A stretch of DNA of 64,000 bases from positions 17,631-81,630 of the forward strand of contig JBGAJA010000004.1 in assembly GCA_044225175.1 (NCBI GenBank), written 5' to 3'. Below the pieces are notes generated by a model. It was given only the letters and a program-made list of their open reading frames with translations, had not been told where the DNA came from and ran no database searches. Origin of the DNA: Candidatus Omnitrophota bacterium. GTDB lineage: Bacteria > Omnitrophota > Gorgyraeia > Zapsychrales > Fredricksoniimonadaceae. Positions 27,949 to 36,870 of this stretch are shown here, piece by piece. Position 1 is the stretch's first letter. Each line of letters opens with the position of its first letter. The position numbers and the translations under genes are program-made.

Positions 27949-28260
27949 TTACTTCTTTTTAGCTGTTTTCTTCTTTGCTGCTGGTTTCTTAGCAGACTTT
28001 GCAGAAGACTTCTTTGCAGAAGATTTTTTGCGTGTACCACCGCGAACCATCTTCGCACATGAAACATCGCCTTGCTTATCAATGAAATAAAGGAAACCTG
28101 TTTCTCTTTTTACGCCAACTTTAGCGACCTTTTTAGATGCGCCACCCTTGCTACCACCACGGGCCATTTTGGCTGCAGAGATGTCACCCTGCTTATCTAA
28201 GAAATACAAATAACCTTTTTCTTTCTTGATACCGACTTTAGCAACTTTTTTAATTGCCAT
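27949..28260 (-). CDS. Small basic protein with an internal tandem duplication and a Lys/Ala-rich histone-H1-like tail
   Basis: Two units of about 37 aa (KKVAKVGIKKEKGYLYFLDKQGDISAAKMARGG and KKVAKVGVKRETGFLYFIDKQGDVSCAKMVRGG), then KKSSAKKSSAKSAKKPAAKKKTAKKK. A strong SD (AAAGGGGTGA) and a downstream terminator are present. Confidence 0.5.
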   Translation of the reverse strand: MAIKKVAKVGIKKEKGYLYFLDKQGDISAAKMARGGSKGGASKKVAKVGVKRETGFLYFIDKQGDVSCAKMVRGGTRKKSSAKKSSAKSAKKPAAKKKTAKKK

Positions 28261-28305
28261 ACTTCACCCCTTTCATGTTGATGCGTTAATAATGATAATG
28301 CTCAC

Positions 28306-29133
28306 CTACGTACCGATTATGACCTGACCAAAATATTGTTTGAGGGTCACAATAGCTGATAAGACTGCCAGATAACTTGTTTTAGGATTATCAGGACAGA
28401 CCACATTTTCTGTCTTAGTGATTAATCTTCCAAACTCACCAATCACTTCTATTTCATGGGAATTCACTTTAAATTCTGGAGATGTCGTTATACGAATACG
28501 CAACTTATCTTTAGCTCCAGAGGATAATGCAATTGTTGCAGCCACATTAATATTTTGAGGGAAACATTGAACAGCTTCTTTCACATTACCATCAAATAAA
28601 ACTGTTTCTTTTTTAATTTGAGAAAGGTTGATTCGTTTTTGCTGCACATAAGCATTATCAGAAAAACCATAGATAGGTTTACGCGTAGTTAAAATAATTT
28701 GATGAATCTTACCAAGTCGTGCAGCTTTAATAGCATCAATTCCAGCTACAGCTCCAGAAGGAATCAAAATACGACATCCTTGAGCCTGGGCTAATTTTAA
28801 AACAGCTTCTCCATTAAGAAGCTTTCCGACACTCATGACTAATACATCCTTCTTAGCTTTTAAAGCCTGACGGATCAATTCATGTGTATCAGGAGCATTG
28901 ACAGCCTCGATAATAAGATCACTATGATCTAACAATTGCTGATAAGACTTCTGTGTTATATTTTTATATGGAAGATGTTTTGCAAGATTGGCAGATTTTG
29001 AAGGGTTAATATCAAAGAGAGCCGAAACGACTGCTGATTCATCACACTCTACCTTGATGCTGCGGGCAATTCGTGAACCAATGGCCCCACAGCCTAAAAT
29101 TCCTACTCTAGTTTTTGTCTTGCTTCGGGTCAT
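28306..29133 (-). CDS. nadX: L-aspartate dehydrogenase
   Basis: GILGCGAIGSRIA Rossmann motif, plus C-terminal matches to Thermotoga TM1643 (FPQNINVAATIALS and PDNPKTSYLAVLSAI). Confidence 0.7.
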   Translation of the reverse strand: MTRSKTKTRVGILGCGAIGSRIARSIKVECDESAVVSALFDINPSKSANLAKHLPYKNITQKSYQQLLDHSDLIIEAVNAPDTHELIRQALKAKKDVLVMSVGKLLNGEAVLKLAQAQGCRILIPSGAVAGIDAIKAARLGKIHQIILTTRKPIYGFSDNAYVQQKRINLSQIKKETVLFDGNVKEAVQCFPQNINVAATIALSSGAKDKLRIRITTSPEFKVNSHEIEVIGEFGRLITKTENVVCPDNPKTSYLAVLSAIVTLKQYFGQVIIGT

Positions 29134-30055
29134 GAATGGAGATCGTCACATTATCAATTAATCTTGTTGTACCGAAGAACACTGCTAATGCTATTAATAC
29201 ATTTCCCTGCAAACGATTAAGCTTCTCTAAACTATTTGCATCCACACATTCGACGTATTGAATCTTTCCTGAGGTTTGTTTCCGCATCTTGGAGCGAATC
29301 AAACTTGTAATCTTGTTCACAGATCGTTCGCCAGAGCGAACCAAATTCTTTGCATCTTGCAAAGCTTGAAAAAGAACTGCGGCTTCTTGACGATCTTTTT
29401 CGCTTAGATACTTATTACGTGAACTCATCGCCAAACCATCAGTCTCACGTTTAGTTTCAACAACCTTGATCTCTACAGGAAAATTTAAATCTTTGACCAT
29501 TGTTTTTAAAACCACAACTTGTTGGGCATCTTTGGCTCCCAGATACATCACATCTGGCTGCACCATATTAAGAAGTTTAGCAACAATCGTCGCTACTCCC
29601 TTGAAATGTCCAGGACGAAAATGTCCACACAATGGCAAAGAAACTTTTTCTACGTCGATGTATGTCAAATAACTATTTGGATAGACGACATTATTAGATG
29701 GAATAAAAAGAATGTCAACATTTTCTTTTTTAATCATCGACGAGTCGCGCTTTATATCTCGTGGGTAGTTCTTAAAATCTTCTTTTGGACCAAATTGAGT
29801 GGGATTCACATAGATGCTCACAACACAGATATCATTGTCTTTCTTTGCTTTTCGCATTAAGGACAAATGGCCTTCATGAAAAAAACCCATAGTGGGGACA
29901 AAACCAACCGTCTTCTTCCCTCGTCGGTATTGAGCAATAGTTTTACGTAATTGTTCTATCGAAGTAATGATGCGCATATGTCTGGGGCGATCTCTTTTAA
30001 AGGTTTCATCACAAAATCCCGTTCCAGCATTCTTGGATGAGGGATTACTAAACAA
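29108..30055 (-). CDS. panC: Pantoate--beta-alanine ligase
   Basis: PTMGFFHEGHLSL (HIGH-like) motif. The track start is probably too far upstream, since it overlaps folK by 100 nt. The internal ATG (MRIITSIEQL) near 29977 is more likely. Confidence 0.85.
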   Translation of the reverse strand: MFSNPSSKNAGTGFCDETFKRDRPRHMRIITSIEQLRKTIAQYRRGKKTVGFVPTMGFFHEGHLSLMRKAKKDNDICVVSIYVNPTQFGPKEDFKNYPRDIKRDSSMIKKENVDILFIPSNNVVYPNSYLTYIDVEKVSLPLCGHFRPGHFKGVATIVAKLLNMVQPDVMYLGAKDAQQVVVLKTMVKDLNFPVEIKVVETKRETDGLAMSSRNKYLSEKDRQEAAVLFQALQDAKNLVRSGERSVNKITSLIRSKMRKQTSGKIQYVECVDANSLEKLNRLQGNVLIALAVFFGTTRLIDNVTISIHDPKQDKN

Positions 30056-30378
30056 CGGTTAATTAATTTTAAATCATTGTACAACAGAATATCAATATCA
30101 ATGACACGTGGCCCATGAAATATTGTTCTGACACGGCCTAACCTATGCTCTACACTCTGAGTAAGCTCAAGCAAATTTTCTGGAGAATGTGTTGTGGAAG
30201 CTTTTAATACACAATTTAAGTATTGCCCTTGAGGAGGACTATCCACGGGATCTGTTTCAATAATCTTAGAAATCTTAATGACTTTGATGCCGCGCGCTTC
30301 AAGCTCACTTAAAGCTCTTTTAATGTAATGATGTCGATCACCCAGATTAGAGCCTAGAGCAAGAAAGACGATGGCCAT
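29956..30378 (-). CDS. folK: 2-amino-4-hydroxy-6-hydroxymethyldihydropteridine pyrophosphokinase (HPPK)
   Basis: ALGSNLGD...IDIDIL motifs in a 140-aa product. Confidence 0.85.
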   Translation of the reverse strand: MAIVFLALGSNLGDRHHYIKRALSELEARGIKVIKISKIIETDPVDSPPQGQYLNCVLKASTTHSPENLLELTQSVEHRLGRVRTIFHGPRVIDIDILLYNDLKLINRCLVIPHPRMLERDFVMKPLKEIAPDICASLLR

Positions 30379-31556
30379 TATAAGATTTTCTTAATTCTCT
30401 CAACAGCTTGATGGATGCGTTCAGTTGGAAGAGTGATTGCCATACGAACATAGCCTTCCCCTGACTTCCCAAAACCATTTCCTGGTGTCATGACAATATC
30501 AGCCTCATCAAGGAATGTCTTAGCACATTGCATAGAATCAGTGAACTTGGAAGGAATCTTAGCCCATACATAAAAAGCGCCTTTAGGAGGATCAATTTTC
30601 CAGCCAACGGAGCGAAGACCATTGATTAGAGCATCACGGCGATTTTGATATTCTTGACGCATATCATCAATATCACGGGGATCCATATTTAATGCAGCAA
30701 TACCAGCATATTGAATGGCATTAAAAACACCGGAATCACAATTCGACTTCACTTTAGCCAAGGCGGAAACTAAGGTAGGATTTCCACAAGCCCAGCCTAA
30801 GCGCCAGCCAGTCATGTAGTATGTTTTTGAAAAGGAATGAAATTCAATCGCAATATCTTTTGCCCCCTCAACTTCTAAGATACTTGGAGGTTTTAGTCCA
30901 TCATAATAGACTTCAGAATAAGCTAAGTCTGAGACGATAATAATTCCTTTAGCCTTGCAAACAGCAACTAACTCTTCATAAAATTTCTTATTAGCAACAG
31001 CAGCAGTTGGATTATTGGGATAGCAAACAAAGATCGCTTTAACACCCTTTAACTCTTCAATGTCTGACATCTTAGGAAGCCAATCGTTGCCAGCCTTAAG
31101 AGGAAGATATTGAATCTTTCCGCCTGCAAAGGTGACAGCTGCTTGATAAGCAGGATAAGCTGGCTCACACAAAACAACTTTATCCCCAGGGTTAATAATC
31201 CCTAAAGGTAAGTGCGCAATCCCCTCTTTGGAACCAATTAAAGGGTATATTTCCGTCGGAGGATCAAGCTCTACCCCAAAACGTCCTTTAAACCATTTAG
31301 CAATCTCAACACGCAATTGAGGAACGCCAGCATCAAATGGATAATGATGATTGTTCACATCTTGAGCAGCCTTGGTTAATGCATCAATAATCACCTGATG
31401 AGTTCTTTGATCAGGATCTCCAACACCTAAATTAATCACATCACGCCCTGCAGCAAGAGCTGCACGTTTGGCTTTGTCAATTTCAGCAAATAAATATGGT
31501 GGAAGGGCTTTAAGACGATCTGAATAATCAAGGGTAAAGGCAGTGTCGGTTGACAT
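30378..31556 (-). CDS. dapL: LL-diaminopimelate aminotransferase (DapL)-type class I aminotransferase
   Basis: PLP-Lys motif SFSKTYYMTGWRLGW. It is co-oriented directly upstream of the dapB/A/F-lysA genes, and no dapD/dapC/dapE is present in the locus. The DapL assignment rests on this context; it could otherwise be a generic aspartate aminotransferase. Confidence 0.6.
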   Translation of the reverse strand: MSTDTAFTLDYSDRLKALPPYLFAEIDKAKRAALAAGRDVINLGVGDPDQRTHQVIIDALTKAAQDVNNHHYPFDAGVPQLRVEIAKWFKGRFGVELDPPTEIYPLIGSKEGIAHLPLGIINPGDKVVLCEPAYPAYQAAVTFAGGKIQYLPLKAGNDWLPKMSDIEELKGVKAIFVCYPNNPTAAVANKKFYEELVAVCKAKGIIIVSDLAYSEVYYDGLKPPSILEVEGAKDIAIEFHSFSKTYYMTGWRLGWACGNPTLVSALAKVKSNCDSGVFNAIQYAGIAALNMDPRDIDDMRQEYQNRRDALINGLRSVGWKIDPPKGAFYVWAKIPSKFTDSMQCAKTFLDEADIVMTPGNGFGKSGEGYVRMAITLPTERIHQAVERIKKIL

Positions 31557-31600
31557 GGTTATTAATCTCCATTTCTAAATTTTATAAAAATAATGCACGT

Positions 31601-31662
31601 AGTATATCATTCGACAATAAAACTTCAAAAACAAAATGCTTCGGGTTATACAGCTTCTGAAG
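31601..31662 (-). promoter_or_regulatory. Weak terminator hairpin (31635-31662) followed by a sigma70-like promoter (TTGAAG, 16 nt, TATACT; 31628-31601) for dapL-folK-panC-nadX
   Basis: On the minus strand: TGCTTC..GAAGCA stem followed by TTTTGTTTTTGAAGTTTT. TTGAAG is at 31628-31623 and TATACT at 31606-31601. Confidence 0.4.
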
Positions 31663-31670
31663 CACTCTTA

Positions 31671-31997
31671 TTAAACTTTTTCTTTAAACGAAATCTTTCC
31701 TTTTGTTATTTTTGACGCTTCAAATCCCACAGCATCGAGTGTAAACTTCTTAGGGCTTTTAATACGCTTAACCAATTTCTTCACATCTTCTTCAGCTGGT
31801 AATTCTTCCGGCTTAATGCCGCTTTTAGCTAAAAGACTGCGCACATCTTTATTATTTTTGACATGTTCGGATGTAACAGGCAGCTCTCCCTGAAGATTGT
31901 CTTTCTTCACATTAAAATTAGTAATTTCCGATGCCAAATCCTTAGCTTTAATAGTAATAGTTGGAAGAAAATCAGCCAGTGAACGCTTATCAGGCAC
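31671..31997 (-). CDS. Hypothetical protein (108 aa). It may be the frameshifted C-terminal part of the DinD-like gene
   Basis: It starts at GTG, 2 nt after the stop of 32000-32551 and in a different frame. The product is lysine-rich and hydrophilic. Confidence 0.3.
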   Translation of the reverse strand: MPDKRSLADFLPTITIKAKDLASEITNFNVKKDNLQGELPVTSEHVKNNKDVRSLLAKSGIKPEELPAEEDVKKLVKRIKSPKKFTLDAVGFEASKITKGKISFKEKV

Positions 31998-31999
31998 AT

Positions 32000-32551
32000 T
32001 TAATTTCTTTTCATTTCAATAGTCGTATATCCACCAAACAAAGCCTGATCTCCTTTGCTTCGAATCCTGGCAAAACCTTTTGCATCCACCCCGCGTTCAT
32101 AAATAATCCCCGAAAGCTCCATTTCTGTCTTGGCTAATTTCTTTCTAGCATTGAGACGCTCTATGACAGCAATACGCTCTTCCAATAATTCCTGTTTACG
32201 GGTTTGAAGAGCAAAATAACTTTGGGCAAAAGCAATTTGGTCTTTACGAGGATCTCCATTTTGGGCAATCAAATAACAGGCATAGCGAGTTAACATAACA
32301 TCTTCCACTTGCCTCTCGCTACCGGAACCTAAGTTGACCATTTTGTTGACGTCAACAAAATGGTCAGATATATTCTGTTTTGAATTCAAGCACGCAACTT
32401 TGGCTTTCTCTATAACCTTTAAAAAATTACGCCACTCCTCATAATCTAGAAGTTCTTGCAAATCACGAGCAAGCCAATACTCCACGCCATTTTTCTTATA
32501 GGCAGCTTCTTCAAACTTTTTGTTTAATTGGATAATCATTTCTTTTTTCAC
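32000..32551 (-). CDS. DinD-like (DNA-damage-inducible protein D family) protein
   Basis: The N-terminal motif EYWLARDLQELLDYEEWRNFLKVIEKAKVAC matches the DinD signature as I recall it (FWSARELAPLLDY..WRNF..V..A..AC). That recalled signature is the only basis; the match is unverified. Confidence 0.45.
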   Translation of the reverse strand: MKKEMIIQLNKKFEEAAYKKNGVEYWLARDLQELLDYEEWRNFLKVIEKAKVACLNSKQNISDHFVDVNKMVNLGSGSERQVEDVMLTRYACYLIAQNGDPRKDQIAFAQSYFALQTRKQELLEERIAVIERLNARKKLAKTEMELSGIIYERGVDAKGFARIRSKGDQALFGGYTTIEMKRN

Positions 32552-32649
32552 GATGAATTCCCCTTTTTTGGATGGTTATGTGACTTTTACTCTTTGCGCT
32601 GGGGAAAGCGCATTACTATATATCAACAGCCTGGGAAGCTGATTTACTA

Positions 32650-33054
32650 TTAAGCGCCTCCATACACTCCAACGAGATCACCGTATATTCCAATGATATG
32701 CGGAGGCATGGTTGGTGAATTATTATAATCAATCAAACCAAAACATTTCTTTTGAATATCGTAAAATATCTTATAAAAAACTACAGGATTATGAATTTTA
32801 TTATCCGCGACTACCCATACTTTAATTTTAAGAGGAGGTTTCATATCTATATGTTCAACAGTATCTCGTAACTCAAATTCCTCCAAATATGGCTCAACTA
32901 GAGCTTCTTTTAATTTTTTAATCGAAGCCATAACTTTCTCTTTTGACCAAGGTACTCCAATAGCTTTGCTTCTATTTTCACTATTATAGACTTCTTCGTA
33001 ACAATAGTTTTCTATTTCATCTTTAACTAATTTCTTTATTTCTTCTTTGGTCAT
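32650..33054 (-). CDS. Hypothetical protein (134 aa)
   Basis: Soluble with no recognisable motifs. It is the first gene of a 3-gene insert between dapB and dapL. Confidence 0.35.
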   Translation of the reverse strand: MTKEEIKKLVKDEIENYCYEEVYNSENRSKAIGVPWSKEKVMASIKKLKEALVEPYLEEFELRDTVEHIDMKPPLKIKVWVVADNKIHNPVVFYKIFYDIQKKCFGLIDYNNSPTMPPHIIGIYGDLVGVYGGA

Positions 33055-33064
33055 AAAAGGTGAG

Positions 33065-33784
33065 TTATACCAAACCTAAAACATCCTGCATATTAAAAAG
33101 ACCCTTCTTTTTCTTAGCAAGAAATTTAGCAGCAACCAAGGAACCTTCGGCGAAGATGTCTCTTGTTTTGGCGTGGTGATGGATGGAGATCAGGTCCACT
33201 GGGCTTTCGAAGAAGATTGTATGATCCCCAATCACTTCCCCTTCACGGATCGATTCAATGTCTTTGACTTTTGTTTTGGATGTTTGTTCTGCGATCTCAG
33301 CCATAGTCTTAGCGGTTCCTGAAGGAGCATCTTTCTTGTGCACATGATGAGTTTCAGTCAAACGCATCGCATAGTTCTTGCCAGTAATTTGAGCTGCCCT
33401 TCGGATTAATCCAAATACAAGGTTAACTCCAACAGACATATTGGAAGAATAAACAATCGCAATTTTTGAAGAAGCTTTTTTGATTTGAGAGACTTGTGCA
33501 GGGGTAAGGCCAGTTGTTCCAATCACCATGTTAACGCCATACTTTTGGCAAACCTTCAAATGTTCAAGGGTTGCATCAGGAGACGTGAATTCAATAAGGA
33601 CCTTAGAGCCTTTCAATGAATCAGAATCTAAACTCACAGGTAAATTACAAACTTTCTCAGGAACATCGGTTCGGTTAGAGCTCTCCAAAAGAGTAGAAAT
33701 CTTAAAAGCTTTATCATTCAAAGCTAAAGCAGTAATTCTTTGCCCCATACGACCCTGACACCCTGAGACGGCTAATTTAATCAT
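33065..33784 (-). CDS. dapB: 4-hydroxy-tetrahydrodipicolinate reductase
   Basis: KLAVSGCQGRMGQ NAD(P)-binding N-terminus and an HHxxKxDxPSGTA-like motif (HHVHKKDAPSGTA). Confidence 0.85.
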   Translation of the reverse strand: MIKLAVSGCQGRMGQRITALALNDKAFKISTLLESSNRTDVPEKVCNLPVSLDSDSLKGSKVLIEFTSPDATLEHLKVCQKYGVNMVIGTTGLTPAQVSQIKKASSKIAIVYSSNMSVGVNLVFGLIRRAAQITGKNYAMRLTETHHVHKKDAPSGTAKTMAEIAEQTSKTKVKDIESIREGEVIGDHTIFFESPVDLISIHHHAKTRDIFAEGSLVAAKFLAKKKKGLFNMQDVLGLV

Positions 33785-33837
33785 TCAACATCCTTTGTTG
33801 GTAATACGCCCTGTAGGGACAGAACAATGTTCTGTCC

Positions 33838-34722
33838 TTACAATAATCCATAATTTTTCAACGCAATTTTTAATTTGGCAAGATTAGCATCTTCCATTTC
33901 ACACATAGGCAGACGCATAAGACCTGAACAAAACCCCATCAAAGCTACTGCTGTTTTAACTGGAATTGGATTAGTTTCGACAAATAAAGCATCTATCAAG
34001 GGTAATAATTTGGCATTAAGAGCTTCGGCGGCAGAGTTATCCCCTTTGTTAAATAAATTAACTAATCCCGCAATATCTTTAGGAACTATGTTTGAGGCCA
34101 CTGAAATGATCCCCACCCCTCCCATTGATAGAATAGGTAAAGTTAAACCATCATCCCCAGAGATCAAAAGAAAATCTTTAGGACATACTTCACGTATCTT
34201 TTTCATCTGATCTAAATTTCCTGAAGCTTCTTTAACCCCAATCACATTCTTAATAGTTGCTAACTTAGCCATAACGTCTGGCTCAATATTCTTAGCAGTG
34301 CGTCCTGCAACGTTATAAAGAATAATTGGGATATTAGCCGCTTCACTGATTGCTTTGTAATGTAGATAAAGACCTTTGCTGGTTGGCTTATTATAGTAAG
34401 GAGTCACACTAAGAACAGCATCTGCACCGGCCTTGGCAGCCTGCTTGGTGTATTCAACAGCCTCCGCTGTAGAGTTTGAACCTGCACCAGCAATAACTGG
34501 AACACGTTTATTGACTGTTTGAACGCAAAGTTCAATAACACGATTATGTTCATCAGCTGTTAATGTTGGAGATTCACCTGTGGTTCCACAAGGAACAAGG
34601 CCGTGAATACCTTGAGCAATTTGCCATTCAATCAGCTTACTATAGGAAGCTTCATCAATGCCATTGTTAGTAAAAGGTGTTACTAATGCTGTAAATGCTC
34701 CGTAGAATTTCTTTCTGTCCAT
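33838..34722 (-). CDS. dapA: 4-hydroxy-tetrahydrodipicolinate synthase
   Basis: TALVTPF...GTTGE motifs and the Schiff-base Lys region. Confidence 0.9.
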   Translation of the reverse strand: MDRKKFYGAFTALVTPFTNNGIDEASYSKLIEWQIAQGIHGLVPCGTTGESPTLTADEHNRVIELCVQTVNKRVPVIAGAGSNSTAEAVEYTKQAAKAGADAVLSVTPYYNKPTSKGLYLHYKAISEAANIPIILYNVAGRTAKNIEPDVMAKLATIKNVIGVKEASGNLDQMKKIREVCPKDFLLISGDDGLTLPILSMGGVGIISVASNIVPKDIAGLVNLFNKGDNSAAEALNAKLLPLIDALFVETNPIPVKTAVALMGFCSGLMRLPMCEMEDANLAKLKIALKNYGLL

Positions 34723-34760
34723 CTTGTCCTTTTGTATGGAATATAGGTCTTGCCTAGTTC

Positions 34761-35612
34761 CTACCCGTTATAAAAATATTCACCTTTGGCAATCACCTTG
34801 GCCGTGCCTTTTAGCCATACATTATCAATTTTATTTCCTTCATGTAAATCAAAAGTTATTTCCAATACTTCTTTGCTAGCTGTCGCAACTTTCATCTGCG
34901 CTTCCTTTTGTTCTTTGACGTTAGGATGCAAACGAAGATAGGACACTAAGGCGGAGGCCACAGCGCCCGTTCCACAGGCTAACGTTTCTGCTTCAACACC
35001 ACGCTCATATGTTCTAACTGAAACCATGCTGTTTTGAGACTGGCCGGTGATTGGAGATGCAATCTCAACAAAGTTCACATTGGTCCCACGTGGCGCAAAT
35101 CTAGGGTGGTTTCGAACAAGTCGCCCGACGCTATTTACATCAACTTCTTGCAAACCTTCTACGAATACAACCGTGTGAGGAACACCTGTATCAATGAAAT
35201 CAACGGACATCTTTTGATTAGCAATTGTGATATTTAGTTGGCTCATATAATCTTTTGGATTCGATAAGCGTACGCGAGCCACCTCTCCTTCAGCCTCTCC
35301 TAACACTTCCCCAGCCAATGTTTCCATCCCAAAAAGCTTCTTGATAGGATGTTGATTCATCACAATGTAGGACGCCATACAGCGCGCACCATTACCGCAC
35401 ATCTCCGCCTCAGATCCATCTGCATTAATGATTCTCATGCGATAGTCTGAAGTTGAAGACTTTTCAAGAATCAAAACCCCATCAGCCCCAATACCCGTAT
35501 TACGAGCACAGATGCTTTGAGTAAATTTGACATAATCTAAATTGGCCTGTGGCTCAATGACAATGAAGTCATTACCCGCACCAACCATTTTAACAAAAGG
35601 AATTTTAATCAT
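34761..35612 (-). CDS. dapF: Diaminopimelate epimerase
   Basis: Two catalytic Cys motifs (EMCGNGARC and LACGTGAVA). Confidence 0.85.
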   Translation of the reverse strand: MIKIPFVKMVGAGNDFIVIEPQANLDYVKFTQSICARNTGIGADGVLILEKSSTSDYRMRIINADGSEAEMCGNGARCMASYIVMNQHPIKKLFGMETLAGEVLGEAEGEVARVRLSNPKDYMSQLNITIANQKMSVDFIDTGVPHTVVFVEGLQEVDVNSVGRLVRNHPRFAPRGTNVNFVEIASPITGQSQNSMVSVRTYERGVEAETLACGTGAVASALVSYLRLHPNVKEQKEAQMKVATASKEVLEITFDLHEGNKIDNVWLKGTAKVIAKGEYFYNG

Positions 35613-35613
35613 A

Positions 35614-36870
35614 TTATTTTAGAAATTTTGGTAATTTCTCTCCACGCATTAAATCTTTGAATGTCTCGCGTTCTTTAACTACTTCGAATTTATTCCCCTT
35701 AACCATGACTTCTGGAGTACGTCCACGGACATTATAGTTGCTTGCCATGACATAACCATAGGCACCAGCACTCATGATAGCTAATAAATCTTCCTTCCCA
35801 ACCTTAGCAATAAGTCTGTCATGAGCAAAAAAGTCTCCGCTTTCACAGATAGGACCAACCACATCAACCTTGATCTTGGAAGCCTTCGTCTGCTTAACAG
35901 GCACAATTTCATGATATGCATCATAGAGCATGGGGCGAATCAAATCATTCATACCGCCATCAACAATCACAAATTTCTTAACGCCATTATCTTTAACATA
36001 CAAAACCTTAGTCACAAAGATCCCGGCATTACCCACAATAAAACGACCAGGCTCCATAATAATCTTTAAACCTGTCATTTTAAGGATCGGCAGAATCTTA
36101 TCGGCATAGGCTTGAGCTGTTTGAGGGTGTTCATTGTTATAAATAATCCCGAGACCCCCTCCAATATCCAAATACTCGATATTGATGCCTTCTTGTCCCA
36201 ATTCTTTGATAAAACCAACAATCTTCTCTAAGGCGCCAACGAAAGGAGCTCCTTCTGTAATCTGAGAACCAATGTGAATATGAACACCGTTGATTTTCAC
36301 ATTGGAATAATTCTTCTGCGATTTAAAGATAGCTCTGGTCGTTTTTAAATCAATTCCAAACTTCTTCTTCAAAGAACCCGTTGTGATGTATTCGTGCGTT
36401 GGTGCTGGAACATCAGGATTCACCCGCAAAGCTGCTTGAACGGTCTTTTTCATTTTCTTGGCAATGCGGTTAATCTCAGCAAGCTCTGGTTCACTTTCCA
36501 CATTAAAAAGTAAGATACCTGTCTTGATTGCAAAAGAAATCTCTTCTTCTGTCTTACCAACTGAGGCAAATACGATTTTCTTTGGATTTGCTCCAGCAAT
36601 CAAAGCTTTCTTAAGTTCTCCGACCGAAACGATATCAATACCCGCTCCAAGATCGATTAAACTTTTGATAACAGCCAAGTTACCATTGGATTTCATGGCA
36701 AAGCAAATTAAAGGATTAACTGGGGCAAAAGCTTTTTGAAGTTTGGTAAAATGATCAGCTAAAGTCTTATAGCTGTATAAATAAAAAGGCGTGCCAACGG
36801 ATTTGGCGATTGTGGAAACTTTTACATTCTCGGCACAGAGTTCGTTGTTTTTAAAATGAAAGTCATGCAT
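35614..36870 (-). CDS. lysA: Diaminopimelate decarboxylase
   Basis: PLP-dependent Orn/DAP decarboxylase fold (FAMKSN...HIGSQ) and a C-terminal CESGD motif. Confidence 0.9.
   Translation of the reverse strand: MHDFHFKNNELCAENVKVSTIAKSVGTPFYLYSYKTLADHFTKLQKAFAPVNPLICFAMKSNGNLAVIKSLIDLGAGIDIVSVGELKKALIAGANPKKIVFASVGKTEEEISFAIKTGILLFNVESEPELAEINRIAKKMKKTVQAALRVNPDVPAPTHEYITTGSLKKKFGIDLKTTRAIFKSQKNYSNVKINGVHIHIGSQITEGAPFVGALEKIVGFIKELGQEGINIEYLDIGGGLGIIYNNEHPQTAQAYADKILPILKMTGLKIIMEPGRFIVGNAGIFVTKVLYVKDNGVKKFVIVDGGMNDLIRPMLYDAYHEIVPVKQTKASKIKVDVVGPICESGDFFAHDRLIAKVGKEDLLAIMSAGAYGYVMASNYNVRGRTPEVMVKGNKFEVVKERETFKDLMRGEKLPKFLK

Noticed and set aside
27949-28260. Assigning the small Lys-rich protein as chlamydial Hc1/HctA histone-like protein, and thereby the organism to Chlamydiae
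   Set aside because: Only the low-complexity AKK tail is similar. The N-terminal duplicated module is unrelated as far as I can tell. The presence of a full type IV pilus and arginine biosynthesis also argues against an obligate chlamydial lifestyle.
31995-32002. Treating 31671-31997 and 32000-32551 as one intact gene
   Set aside because: They are in different frames, separated by a stop and 2 nt. Without reads I cannot tell a true frameshift or pseudogene from two genuine genes, so I reported them separately and flagged the issue.
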